Source of the DNA: the human T2T-CHM13v2.0 reference genome, Homo sapiens
DNA: 64,000 nucleotides
Strand: one strand, 5' to 3'
Assembly (NCBI RefSeq): GCF_009914755.1
Contig: NC_060928.1
The translations under genes and the position numbers were made by a program. Positions 32,403 to 47,879 of the stretch are shown piece by piece. Positions within the stretch are counted from its first letter, which is position 1, and each line of letters opens with the position of its first letter. The notes beneath the pieces are model-generated. The model worked only from the letters and a program-made list of their open reading frames with translations, was not told the origin of the DNA and did no database searches.

Positions 32403-35400
32403 AAATATTGCCTTGCCATTTCTGAACAAAAGAAAACTGAATTGTAAAGATAAATCCCTTTTGAAGAATGACTTGACACTTCCACTCTAGGTAGATCCTC
32501 AAATGAGTAGAGTTGAAGTCAAAGGACCTTTCTGACATAATCAAGCAATTTAGACTTAAGTGGTGCTTTGTGGTATCTGAACAATTCATAACATGTAAAT
32601 AATGTGGGAAAATAGTATTGTTTAGCTCCCAGAGAAACATTTGTTCCACAGTTAACACACTCGTAGTATTACTGTATTTATGCACTTTTTCATCTAAAAC
32701 ATTGTTCTGGGTTTTCCCAATGTACCTTACCATAATTCCTTTGGGAGTTCTTGTTTTTTGTCACACTACTTTATATAACAATACTAAGTCAACTAAGCTA
32801 CTTTTAGATTTGGAAATTGCTGTTTACAGTCTAACAACATTAAAATGAGAGGTAGATTCACAAGTTAGCTTTCTACCTGAAGCTTCAGGTGATAACCATT
32901 AGCTTATACTTGGACTCATCATTTGTTGCCTTCCAAAATGCTGAGGATAATGTATGTACTGGTGTCAGGACCTAGTTCTCTGGTTAATGTACATTTAGTT
33001 TTTAATGGTGGAACTTTGTTATATTTTGTTAATTACAGTGTTTTTGGTTCATTGAGTGAAGATTCTGCCGGGTGGGATCTTGCACCTTTGAAAGACTGAA
33101 TAATTACACTACCAAGTAAGCCTGCAAATCATTGATGGCATGCAGTGATGATGTGCTCTTACACTTGTTAACATGTATTAAGTGTTATTTGCAAAAGGTA
33201 GATTATGTAACCAATCAGGTACGTACCAGGCAGTGATGTGCTAATACACTGATCAGGTTTAGACAATGAGCTTTGGTTGTGTTCTTGTTAGTCCTAATAT
33301 TGGTTTTCAGTTTGGAATTAATAAAGCAGTTGACATTCACTGTTAGTTACAGCAACATACTGTGATTTTTAATTAGATAGTAATTCAGATTTATTACTCT
33401 ATGAAATTCTGTCTTTTGACACCATAGTGCCCTTTCTATGATTTTTTTTACTTAATATTCTTCTTGGCCTTATATTTAATTCCCTATGCAATTAATATTT
33501 TATATCTGCATTTTTTTTAAAAAAATAGATGTTATATAAGTGATTCTCGTATGTAGCACCTGTTGCTTTTCCACTGAAAGAATTACGGATTTTGTACTGT
33601 GATTTATATTCACTGCCCCAATTCAAGAAATATTGGAGCCTTGCTACAATGTGAAATGTTATAGTCATGGACTCCTTCCAACCAGATTTCTGAAAACACC
33701 AGAGGGATGGTATAATTCTGTCTCACCTATAACATGGTCCTGTGACATAGATATTAAGACCACAAGTTGTAGTGAGGCTACAATTATATTCGTCTGTCTT
33801 GGCTTTGCAACATAATTTAGAAAGCACGTATAGTTGTTTTTTAACCAAGTTACATACAATCTCATGTACTGATTTGAGACTTATAACAATTTTTGGAGGG
33901 GGCATAGAGAAAGGAGTGCCCACAGTTGAGGCATGACCCCCTCCATTCAGACCTCTAACTGTTGCCTGAGTACACAGATGTGCCCTGATTTCTGGCCCAT
34001 TGGCCATAGTACTGTGCCTAATCAATGTAATAGGTTTATTTTCCCAATCCTCAAACTAAAAATGTTCATAACAAGATGAATTGTAGACTAGTAACATTTG
34101 ATGCTTTTAAATATTTGCTTCTTTTTAAACAAAAACTAAAACCCAGAAGTGAATTTTTAGGTGGATTTTTAAATAAAAAAGATTGATTGAGTTTGGTGTG
34201 CAAGCTGTTTTATAATGAAACAACAAAATGAAATCTAAAATCCTGAAATGTGCCTAAACTATCAAAACACACGATACAGCTAATGTGTAAAGATGCTAAA
34301 TTCTGTTACTTGGAGGATGAATATATTTAAGATTTAAAACACAATAATAAATACATGATTAATTCAAAAATAAAAATCTTTACAGCTGCCTATCAAGGGT
34401 CTAAAGCACTTAATGAATGTTTTTAGTCTAACTTATCATTAACTTTTTACAAGTCACCATATTTGAAGATCTGTAGCACTCTGATTTTCAGAAAATTTTT
34501 CATTCTGAATAATTTAAAAATGGTGATGTATTAGAAAGGCAGTTTGCTTTAGAAAACTAAATCACATTGAACATTGTATTAGAGAATTAAATTAAAAGTT
34601 TCTTACAGAGCAGTATTTTCCAAACATTTTTAGCACTAGAATCTTTTTAGATGAAATTTTATGTATAACCCCAATACATAAAGCCTGAAAACTCAATTTT
34701 ATCAATATAAATGTATTTTGGGTTCACATTTATGCTTATTCATTTTGGCTCATTACTAAGCATAATAAGATTCTGAGTTATTTCTGAATAACACAAATGT
34801 GGAGTTATACATAGTTGATGAAACCAGCAGCCAATTTATAGCTATGCCCTGTTTTATTTGTATACTATCAAGAAAATTTTGATTCACACAAATGTAAGCA
34901 AAAATAATAGGTTTTAAACATACATCTCAGGAAATTCTTTAATTAGAGATAGCTAAAGTTATTCAAGGTCTATACAAAAATAAGTTATCCTGGTAGTGGA
35001 AGTTAATACATAAGCAGTCTCCAGTGTGGTAAAGTAGGGTATGTAACACATCAGAATGTGCGTTTTTATTAGGTTTTAAAATATGCACGTATAAAAACTA
35101 AATTTGAATCAAACCCTTTTAACTCACCTCCAAGAAGCTAGACTTTGGCCAGGAATGGGCTAAAAACCACTGGTTAACGATGTGACAGTTATGATCTTGG
35201 AGATTGGAAATCTTTCTTCCACATTAGAGTTCTTTACCTTAATTCCTTATTCTGAAAAATTGTAAGATTTTATGAAGGTTTGAATACTGAAGCACAGTTC
35301 TGCTTTCAAAAATTAAAATTCAAACTTGAAAAAGCTGTTTAACCCATGGAAGATATCATTTAGTAAGATGTAAAAGATTTTTTAAATCTACACTTCAGTT

Positions 35401-37778
35401 TATACATCTTTATCATTATCAATACTATATAAGTTACTGTGAGCATTTTAGAGAATTCCATAAAGGTACTATGAGTGTGTCTGTATGTGTGTGTATATAT
35501 AGCATTGTATTTAATCATAGACTAAATTTAATTTGATATAGAAATACTACTTTACTTGTACATTAAGGTCATAATTTCTGCTGGACTCTTTTATATTTAA
35601 TTAATGGGGATTATAGTCTTCCTTCATAAATGCATTTAAACCTGAAATTGAACACCAGTGTTTTTCTTTTTCTACTTATGGGAAGTTGTCTGCTTCCCCC
35701 TTTAGAGAAAACAGTATTTTTATATTTTGTTAAAATATTAACTACTTTATGCCTACACACTATGCTGTAGATACTGATCATAATTCTTGGGTGTTCACAA
35801 ACACTCCTAGTGCCTCTTTTTTGGCCCGTTGAAAGTGTTGGTATTACTACTTTCACTACAGAGCCTTTGGCCCTCTAATAATGCTGAGGTGGGCTGATCC
35901 TTCCCATTTCTGTCTTCGGGTCATTCTGGTAGGTCTTCTCCTCCACTGTCAAGTAAGCAATCAGGTCCGTGACAGGGATTGGACATATGAACAAATTAAG
36001 TGGATACACACAGTGAGAAAGATACATGCATTCTATGGTAACAACTACTGTCAATAACATCTGATGTTACATGCACATTTATATATATATAATTTTAAAA
36101 ACTGAACTATGAGAAGCCATGGTATAAATGAATATTGTGGACATCATGGACTTGATATGATAGAAATCAATTGTCAGCTTGAGAAAGTTGTTTTTAATCT
36201 GTCTAAATAGTTCATGCATTACTACAGTTAAAAATAGTTTCATTTGTCTTCTATAGACTTAATTTTATTCCGGTTCAGTATAATCTCTGTTAACAGAGTT
36301 TCAGCAAACTGATTGGTCAAGGTATTAACATAGCTTCTACTTCCTTTACTTAAAAAGATGTGGTTTTATGTAAGTTCTTGATTACTGATGATCATCCCAA
36401 ATTTTGACAACAAAATCATATGTATAAATTTATTTCTCCCCTCTTGTTCATCATCTTTTGTAAAGGTCCCATTGTAGATCTTTTCTGCTACCAAATAAAA
36501 CTTTTCAAACAATTTGGTTTCAAGACCTTAAATAGACAAGTTGGATACTAAGATTGTGAACTGATAAGGACATATAAATTTATATTTCCAGCCCTTCCTT
36601 AGAGTCTTTATCTGCATCAAAAACCCAATTCTGCCATTAACTGTGCTTCCCAGTCCCACCTCTATATGTCACTCATTTTCTGCAACAAAGATCTCACTAA
36701 ATCATGTTGAAACACAAGTCATGATCCTCTCTAAGTAAATAGAAAAAGCTCCCTGGAAAAACTCTGTTGCCACATGCACGTGCCCTGTTACTCCTCCAGC
36801 CAGCCAGTGCTGCCAGCATTTTATTGTGTAAAAGTCCAAATAAATAAGGGCCTGCATGCAACCTTTATCTTCAGAAACTAGGTTTTATATGTAAAATGTG
36901 ACTTGGGAAATGATTCTGTTTATTAACTGGCTGGGATTTTTCATTTCTATGAAAGTTTCAAACATCTCCAGTACTTTATAAAATCCCAACAATTGCTGTA
37001 AGTCAGCACTTTGGTCCACTCAGCCCACCCAGCCCACTTGCAACTCTGACTCTTCACTGAATCATATTTGGGAAGTTTGGGTAGGGTGAGGCTATCTTCT
37101 TCAAGATTATTTTCTCATATGTCTGTCTGTCACCTTGTAAACCATGAGACTCCTGGGTATTTGCATGTAACTTCTTTGAGGAAGTTACCACCATCTCTGA
37201 TATAGACACACTTTTTGAGTTGCAGTTTCTGTTAGAATTTTTTGGAGACTAACTTGCCAATTCTGTGAATGTTATTGAATATTTAAAAAGCTGGGTCTGT
37301 AATGGGAGGCATTTTATTAGCTGTTGTGATTGGGTAACATGTCCCCTTAGATTTCCTGATTTAAAATTATACAAAATTACTATTTTTGATAAAATAAAGG
37401 AACACCTACAGAAAATTAAGTTTCTAAGATGTTTCTATACTTCATTAGAAAAGATTTTATTACTATTACTTATGGTTATTGGTGATTAACACTTAATGCG
37501 TCTCCTCTGATTTTGTGTTCCATGAGGTGCTTGGAACATTTGGAGTGCTCTGTGCGAGGGACATACAGTGATATAGGAAATTTAAAAATTAAAATAATAC
37601 CCAAAACCCACTTTATCAGATATGGTATTGTGATGGTTAATATTATGTGTCAACTTGGTGAGGCTATGGCGCCCATGTGTTTGGTCAAACACTAGCCTAG
37701 ATGTTGCTGTGAATATATTTTGTAGATGTGATTAACATTTACAATCAGTTGATTTTAAGTAAAGCAGATTCTCATCCA
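32403..37778 (+). other. GAB1: GAB1 long AU-rich 3'UTR (3' end approximate)
   Basis: About 5.2 kb free of recognisable interspersed repeats after the stop codon. AATAAA at 33320, 34172, 34346, 34369, 36494, 36839 and 37393; ATTAAA at 37588; AGTAAA at 37758. Confidence 0.7.
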
Positions 37779-38187
37779 TAATGTTGTTGAACCTCATTCA
37801 ATCAGCTAAAGGCCTTAAGAGCAAAAGCCAAGGTTTCCAAAAGAAGTAATTCAGCCTCAAGATCATAACAAATTAATCCTAAGTTTCCATCCTGCTGGCC
37901 TGCCTTCTTGTAGATTTTGAACTAAAGAGTGCATCATCACCTCTTACCTGATCCAGTTTGCTGGCCTACCCTACCAACTTCAGACTTGCCAGTTCTTACA
38001 ATCCTGGAGCCTTTCTTAAAACTAATTCTCTCTGTCTCTCTCCATCTCCCCCGTGTGTGTGTGTATATATATATCTTCAAAACACATATAAAACATGTAA
38101 GTGTTGGTATATAAGAATATATAGCTATCTTACAGATATGTGTATCTTATTGGTTCTGTTTTTCTGGAGAACCATGACTGATAAACA
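37629..38187 (+). mobile_element. Solo ERVL LTR (MLT2C/D-like)
   Basis: Starts tgtgatggttaatattatgtgtcaacttgg and ends ggttctgtttttctggagaaccatgactgataaaca. Internal CT/GT/TA microsatellite typical of MLT2. Confidence 0.85.
37758..37790 (+). terminator. Candidate distal poly(A) signal AGTAAA with CA cleavage site and GU-rich downstream element
   Basis: AGTAAA 37758-37763, CA at 37777-37778, atgttgttg at 37781-37789. Confidence 0.45.
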
Positions 38188-39051
38188 TACTGAGTCATTA
38201 ATCTGAGTGCCTCTCATACCAAGCAATGATTTTGAAGTTTAATTTGCAATGTGTTAGCAGTCTGCTCCAAAAGTTTCTTCTGAAGCCATTTACTGACAGT
38301 GAACCATGTTTCCACTTCTGGCCATAGCTTTTTATCTTCTAGGAACCATTAAATCAACATCTCCAATGATGGAAAATAGTATTCTAAGAAGAACACAGAT
38401 TATTGGATTCTTGTCACAAAGGGTACAGAATACTATTAAGGACAGAATTTCATTTGTAACACTGGGTTGTAGTCTTCACCTCTTCACCCTTGTCACATGC
38501 TATGACCCTACACATTTATTTAGTTTTCCCTGCTTTAAATTTCTAAAACATATTACCCATGTACATCTAAAGCTGTTTTTTAATCAGCCTTATTAAAACA
38601 ATGTGTTTGAAAGTTGCTTATTCCGGTCCTTAGACAAAACAGTAATTTTGAAAGTCAGACTAAGAAGAAAATACTGTTGTCCCAGATTTTGATTCTAATT
38701 GATGGTGGCTTATTAATAATTTAGTCATTTCACTAAGCTACACATGTTGAATTATTCAAGGTGCTATGGGAAACATGAAAGAAATCTACCTCATCTTTAT
38801 CTTTACAAATATGTGTGAAAAAATAATACAGGACAGTAAGTTATTATTTCTGAGGTACCAACTATGAGCTACCAAAGAAAAAACAAAGTTCTGTATTTAA
38901 GAAAAGCTTCACAAAGATGGAGATTGAGCTGGACAATGGAGGATTTGCAAGAAGGTTGGCTTGCTACTGGTTTGTTTCATGAGAAGAGGTAAAGAAAAAG
39001 ACAAAAGCAGAATATGGAGAACTATGTACTGGGTGGAGGCTTATGAAATAT

Positions 39052-39537
39052 TGTATTAGTTACGGTGTGTAATCAGAATGTAGTGACTTTAAAAAGTCAT
39101 CTATTCTCACAGTTTCCATGGTCAGAAATTCAGGAGTGTCTTGGCCGAACAGTTCTGGTCCAGAGTCTCTACTGAAATTACAGTCAAATTACCTGAGACT
39201 GGAGTTATCTAGGGCTGAAGGATCTGCCTCAGGTGGTTTACTCACATGGCTGGCAAGTTGGTGCTGCCTGTTGCTGGGAGCCTTTGTTCCTCTTCATGTG
39301 GCTGCTTCACAGAGCTGCTTGAGTATCTTTGAGGCATGGGGGCTGGCTTCCCCCAAAGCTAGTGATCCCAGAGACCAAACAAATGACCTAGCCTTAGAGG
39401 TCACACACTGTCATCTCTGCTGTGCAGTAATGGGTTGTACAGTTCACGCCTTGATTCACTGTGGGAGGAGACTTGCAAGGGTATGAATACCAGGAAGTAA
39501 GGATCACTGGGAGCCATCTAAGATGCTAGCAGTCACA
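39052..39537 (-). mobile_element. MaLR LTR (MLT1F/G/H-like)
   Basis: tgtattagtt ... ctcacatggctggcaagttggtgctg ... ggatcactgggagccatct...caca. Confidence 0.75.
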
Positions 39538-39764
39538 AAGGCAAAATTAAGAGTTGAGAGATGAGGCCAAGGATGGAAGACCTTGGAAACTCAAGTGTGT
39601 TGGTAATTAAGGACTTGAAAATGTCAGAACAATAACCCAAAGCATGGAAAGAGTAGGCCACAAGAAGTCAGGAGGCAGTTCTAAACCTAGGTCTGTGAGT
39701 TTCAATGTATGTTCTTATAAAACTATTGAACAGTTGCTGTTCAATGTAATACATATGTAGTCCT

Positions 39765-40030
39765 CATACTACAAATTTATCACTGGTCAGTTGGCTAGAA
39801 GTCAAGCATCAAGGCTGCGTTGGTTTGATTTCTTCTGAGGTCTCTTCACTGGTAGATAGCCATCTTCTCACTGCGTCCTCAGATGGTCTTTTTTTCTGTG
39901 TTGGCACCCCTGGTTCTGCTCTCTCATTATAAAGACATCAGTCATACTAGATTAGGTAAAATGAATAATTTTACCTTAATTACTTCTTTAACAACCCTAT
40001 CTCCAAAAACCTGACACATTCTGAGCTTGT
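39765..40030 (-). mobile_element. MaLR LTR fragment (MLT1B-like)
   Basis: ggctagaagtcaagcatcaagg...ttataaagacatcagtcatactagattagg. Confidence 0.65.
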
Positions 40031-40069
40031 GGCTATGTTTATGTCTCATCTGCCTGGCTATGTTAACTT

Positions 40070-40690
<621 letters not shown>

Positions 40691-40793
40691 CAGCAAACAG
40701 AGAAAATCCTTAACAATCTTCATTATCTGTCATCATGTCAGACCAGTAAGTCAGTTAATCTTTTATTGATCATCCTCATGGACATGAAGCATC

Positions 40794-41315
40794 TGTAGAA
40801 GATTGGCTTGCTGAACAGCTGATCCAACCTCTCTCTGGAGTACCCTCCTGTATTTAAGAAGCTGTAAAGATAAAAACTACATTTCCCAGACTTCCTTGCA
40901 ACTAGGGCGCTGCTTGTAATTAACTTTTCACCAGTGATACTTGCTTAATCTCAGAAACAGTTCAGTGGAGAGACAGAAGTCTGTGAGGCATCAATATTAA
41001 ATCTCGCAGTTTGCATTTAGGATGTGAAGCAATGGATTCCTGCTAAGCAATTCTTGCAGTGGTGTATGCTTGGAGCCAATACTTGCCATGGTAGATTACT
41101 GTACTCTGAAGGTATTACGGTTTCAACCATTGGTGCAGTGGTTTCCTGAACCCAGATTCCCGATTGTTCCCATGTCTGGCAGCTCCGTAGCGTTGTTCTG
41201 AGAATCCTTCCTAAAGAGCCTTCACACCTACCAGTGAGTGGTGTGATTTTAATCTGCATTAAATTATCTGTCGTTTAAAAATTACTAGCGTGGCTTAATT
41301 CTCTTGAGCTGACAC
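40794..41315 (+). mobile_element. Old MaLR/ERVL LTR
   Basis: aaaactacatttcccagacttccttgcaactaggg core, TG...CA ends. Confidence 0.55.
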
Positions 41316-41648
41316 AGGGGCCAAGCTTGTTGCTTTCTGAATTTTTTTTCTACTTTCGCATTGTAAAACTGTAATTAAAGACAATTTGGGAGAGTAAGAA
41401 GAAAAATGCCCACAAGCCATGTTACTTCCCTACCTTTGCCTAAATGTGCAGCTGGACTCTACTTTTTGCATTAACTATTATCATAAATGTTTTCCTAGGT
41501 GTTAAGCATCTGAATTATTTTTAAAGACTGCGTAATTTTCCTTCAAATATTTTGAAATACTCAATGATAATACCCAATATTGATACAGATGTGAGTGATA
41601 GGACACTATCATCTATACCACTAGGAGCATAAATTGGTACAACTTTTT

Positions 41649-41993
<345 letters not shown>

Positions 41994-42419
41994 TAGTTAG
42001 CCTTTAACCTAGCAATTACATTTCAAGCAATTAGCATTAACGAATTCATCACAAAAAATTGTCTCCAACGAATTAGGGGCTTATCCAACAATGGAGAGGA
42101 AATTAAGTTGTACATACACATGTATATAGCAATTTATAATATAGAATAATAATTTTTAAAACCATGTCCTTCCAACAGGGGAGACCTCAAAAAGGAAAGG
42201 TAGATCAAGTATTTGAGAGATCCAGTCTCACTTCATCCTTGTTTTAATTACGGTACCTTCACATTTTTGTTTGTACATTGGAAGAAAAGTATAAGGTTTT
42301 ATTTGAAAAATAGGTTTTACTACTTGAAAAAAATGTTAGCTCTTGCAATAAAAGAATATTTGATGTCATGAATGGTTCTTTAAGACCATTGGTGTAAAAA
42401 TTAAGACTATGTAACCTGG

Positions 42420-45400
42420 GTATAATCCTGTTTTTGCATATAACTAACAGGATTAAAACAGCAGGATATCACTACAGATACTGCAGACATTAAAATGATA
42501 ACGAGAAAGATTATGGACAACCTTAGGCCAATATATTTGAAAACTATATAAAATGAACAAATCACTAGAAAAGACAACTTTCTAAAACTGAAAAGAAATT
42601 TGAATAGTTCTATATCAGCTAAAATGAGTTTTATAATTAAAAACCTTTTTCCAAAGAAAACTCTGAGCTTAGATAACATCTCGATGGGTTCTATCAAACA
42701 TTTAAGAAACAAATAGTTTTACCAAACATTTAAGAAATAACAAATAAATCCTGGTAAATCAAGAATGCAAGGTTCTTATCAATAAAATAAAGGGGAATTA
42801 ATCACATGATCATCTCAATTGATGCAGAAAATTGTTAAACTTCAACATCTATTCATGATTTAAAGAACAACTCTTAGCAACATTAAATAAAAGGGAAGTT
42901 TATGAAAAAAAGAATATTTAAACATTTATCAGCAAACCTGACACTTAATGCTGAAATATTGACAACTTTCTCTTTGAGACCTGGAACAAGACAAATATGT
43001 CCATTATCACCACTTCTATTCAGTATTGTACTGAAGGACATATGCAGGGAAAATTACAAGAATTTGAGAAAATAAATAAAACAGCTGTTATCCACAGATA
43101 ATATGATTGTGTATGTAGAAAGCTGAAATAAATCTACAGGTAAAAGGTTGTTAGAAATAAGGTTAACATACAAAAATCAATTTTTGTATGTAACAATTTG
43201 AATATGAAATTTTGATAGCATCAAAAGAATTGATCAGAAACACATTTAAAATAGTATGTGCAAAACCTCTGCTATAAAATATTAAGAATAAAGTCAAAAT
43301 AGAGGAATAAAAAAGAGTATATGATGTGCATGGGTGGGGTAATTCAATGCTGTGAAGATATCAGTTTTCCCCAAAGTTGATCTTTAAGTTCAATGCAATG
43401 TCATTCAAAATCCCAGGTTTTTGTTTTGTTTTTGTTTTTGTTTTAAATGAACCTGAGAAGCTGATTCTTAAGTGTCTATGGAAGTGCAAAAGACCAAGAA
43501 TAGCCAAAATATTCTTGAAAAATAACAATGTGGAAGAAGTACTCTATAAGATTTACAACTTATTATAAAGATGTAGCAAGTAACATTGGTACCAGGATGA
43601 AAAAGTATGCCAAAGGAACTCAAAAGAGAACACAGAAACAGAACCACGTATATATGGACACTGATTTATGACACAGTAGCTGCAGAGCAGTGGAAAACAA
43701 TGTGGACCACATGGATATCCATATAAATAAAAGAAGAAAATTGACCTGTGACTCATATTATAAGCAAGTATCAATTCCTAGTGAACTGTAGATATAATTG
43801 TGAAAGGCAAAACAATAACAAAGCTTATACAGGATAATTTTATCATGATTCAAAAAAAAAAGAAGGTTTCTTAAAGAGGACCAGAAAGGAATTAACCAAA
43901 AAATAAAAGATTGACAAATTGGATTATATCAAAGTTAAGAACATCTACTCATCAATAGATACTGTTACAATAACCAAAAGCAAAACACACAGTGGGAAAA
44001 TTAACAAATGATTCATAAACTGATTATATTTAGAACTCCTATAGATCAGTAAGAAAAATGCAGTAACTCAAAAAGGGGCAGGAGACGAGAATGCAAACAA
44101 AACCCACGTTATACTACTGCACATCCACTCAAATGATTAAAAAGACTGCCAATACGAAGCATTGCTAAGAATGTGTAAATTAATCTCATGCAGTGCTAGT
44201 AGGGGTCAAATTAACACAACCACTTTGAAAGACTGTCATTATTTACAAAATGTACAAAATATTTACAAAATTTAGACATATGAATACCTTATGGCCTAAA
44301 AATCATACTACCGAGTTATACCCAACTGAAATGCATGCACATGTGTAGCAAGAGACAGACATGAGAATGTTCATGGTAGTATTATTTACAAAAACAAAAT
44401 GAGCAAAATAACCCAAATGCCCATCAACAGTAGAAAGGAGAAGTGAATTATGTTTTATTTCAATAATTCAGATATTTAAATGAATAAACTACAGCCACTC
44501 ATAAGCATATAGATGAATTTCTCAAGTACAAGATTGACTAAAAGAAGCTAGATACAAAAGAACACAACATATGATTTTACCCACATAAAGTGCAAAAACA
44601 GTGCAAAAACTAAACCATGGTGTTTAATGCATGCTTAGGTGGCAAAACTATAAAGGAAGTAAGGAGTTAATTTCCTAAAGTCGAGGATAGTAATTACACT
44701 GGATGGGAAGGACAGGTAAAAAGTTGGAAGGGGCGCATGTGGTTTTTGGAGTGCTGGCAATGTTCTATTTATTCACTTGGGTGGTGGTTGCCTAGGTATG
44801 TTCACTTTGTAATAATTAATCGTGCTGCATATTTTTGTTTTGTGAACTCTGTGTGTTTTATTTCATAATGAAAAGATTAAAAATAAACTATTGCCAAAAA
44901 TGTTTGACCTGAATCTAACATCCAGAAGACAGAGGGACAATTTAATTGACACCACCAGGAAACAATCAGACAAAATATAGAATATTCCATGTAAGACAAC
45001 TTGCCCGGTCTCTACAAAAAGATGAAGTCTTTTTTTTTTTTAAGTGAGGGACTGCTCCAGAACAAAAGAGACAAACGCATAACAACCACAATACTTCATG
45101 GGGGAAGAAAGTGATTTAAGACATTTTAGGCACAAATAGCACATTTAAAATATGAACTAGATAATAAATGGTATTAAAGAATTACTCATAATTTTTCTGG
45201 TGTAATAATATTATGACAATGTAGTTGAATGTCCTTCATTATATAGATGGCTGCTGAATTATTTAGGGTTAAAACATCTGAAAATAATATTGAAAAAAAT
45301 GCACACACATATACATATATGTACAGAGATAAACAGAGCAAAATAATTGGCATGTGCCTGCAGTCCCATCTACTTGGGAGGCTGAGATGGAAGGATTGCT

Positions 45401-45580
45401 TGAGCTCAGATGTTTGAGACCAGCCTGGGCAACAAAGTGAGACTCTGTCTCTTAAAAAGATAAGATGTAAGTTAAAATCAAAATATTAATAATTATTCCA
45501 TCAAGGTGGTAAATGTTTATTGTACTATTCTTTCAAATTTTCTATTGAAGAGTTTTATAGTAGAAAGTTGAAAAGTAGTT
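42420..45580 (+). mobile_element. Ancient L1M (MC/ME-type) fragments: ORF2 remnant and 3'UTRs, with an Alu monomer at about 45345-45460
   Basis: A-rich degenerate ORF2 (ORF 43377..43568 IFKFNAMSFKIP...LILKCLWKCKRPRIAK) and L1M 3'UTR motifs. Confidence 0.75.
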
Positions 45581-46489
45581 GAACAATTCAATTATCTTTC
45601 TTATACCTGGAAAAAATGAGAGGAAGAGAAAAAAAAGGAAGGGAGGAAGGCAGGCAAGAAGCCAGGCGTTCAGGAAGGAAGAAAGGAAGGAAAGAATACA
45701 CATATAATACATGGGAAAATCCTTGGATTCATTAGAAGAATAAGTAGACAAAATAAGCCATTACTATGAATTGGCAATGATTTTAAAAAATTGATTTGAA
45801 TAATATCTCTATATGTTGCATATGTTCTCCACATCCCTTTTCTCAATTTCACATGTTAATCTAAATAACATCACAGAATAATTTTTATAAGGTATTATTT
45901 CTTTCTATACAATGTTTCTTATAAATAATACAATCATAGGGTTCAAAACATAAAAAGCATTAAATAGTTTACAGAAAAAAGTACCCCTCTCTCCTATGCC
46001 CATGTTATATGTCCTTCCAGAGATATGCTGTACACTCATAAGCAAACTCATATATACTAGTTCATATGTATTAAGGGACTTTTAAATTTAGGTTCTCCTT
46101 GACCTTACTTTGGTTTTTTTCTCCTAAGATTACATATGCACATTGCCAGCAGCGATGAACAAGTTGTTATTTGGTGGACAGCACCCTCTTGTGCATGAAC
46201 TGAATTTTCAAGGGAAATCTGACAAAAAGTAGAATAAATTACATGAATATTCTCTCATGGAATTACAATTGTAAAAGTTCCTTGAAGCCAAGTGGTCTGC
46301 CCCCTTGCCTTCAATAAGTCAGTTAAGACCAGCCCTAAAGTATTAGTCATTTTCTTTTAAATCTTCAGAAGAAGGTGTCCCCACACTTGCCTTACCAATT
46401 TCACATATATTTTGTGCTTTTTGGTCTCCAAAACATTCTCACATCCATAATATTTTGTTTGATTACAACCTGAGTTATTGTCCCCTTTT

Positions 46490-46975
46490 TCCACTGAAAT
46501 ATATTAATAATTCACATACCAAATAACTCGCCCATTTAAACTATACAGCTGATTTTTAGTGTATTTGCAGCCTTTTACCACCATCACCACAATTAATTTA
46601 GAACGTTTTCATCAGCCCGAAAACAAATTCCGTACCCATTGGCAATCACTACCAATTACCCCAATCCTGCCTCAGCCCTAGGCTATCATGAACCTATTTT
46701 CTGGTTCTGTAGATTTCCCTTTTCTAGACATTTAATAAAAATAGAACCCATACAATATGTGGCATGGCCGTTTATGACTAGCTTCTTTCCTTTAGCATAC
46801 TGTACACAAGGTTCATGTATGCTGTAGCATGTATCAGTACTGCTTTCCTTTTTATTGCTGAATAATATTCCATTTTACGGCTGTGCTACATTTTAATTAT
46901 CCATTCATCAGTTGATGGACATTTGGATTGTTTCCACTTTCAAGGTAGTATGAATAAATGCTGCTATAGACATTT
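46490..46975 (-). mobile_element. L1MB-type 3'UTR fragment
   Basis: ccatcaccacaattaatttagaacgttttcatca...gttgatggacatttggattgtttccac. Confidence 0.75.
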
Positions 46976-46987
46976 GGCCTCCTTTTT

Positions 46988-47631
<644 letters not shown>

Positions 47632-47879
47632 GCCCTCCTTTTTCAGTTGCAAAGATGGAAGTCTCCTGAGCCGAGATAATCAGAGGCTCACAAAAAGGGG
47701 ACTTGGCTTTGCCCATAGCCACCACCATTACCAAAAGCACTCCAACTACAGTGGCATCCCCCACAACTCCAATTCACCTAGGTCCTGTCATCTATCATCT
47801 CTAATTCTTCACCCCCAAAATGATCGTCCCATTACTTGCCACAGTCTCCCACCTCTTCCTAACCCTTAAGCCTTTCCTC

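Noticed and set aside
32400-32410. Stop-codon readthrough
   Set aside because: TGA is followed by AAAT, not the CTAG readthrough context.
32206-32733. 175-aa antisense ORF over the last exon
   Set aside because: No recognisable domain. It is partly the shadow of the sense CDS, and I see no promoter or splice support.
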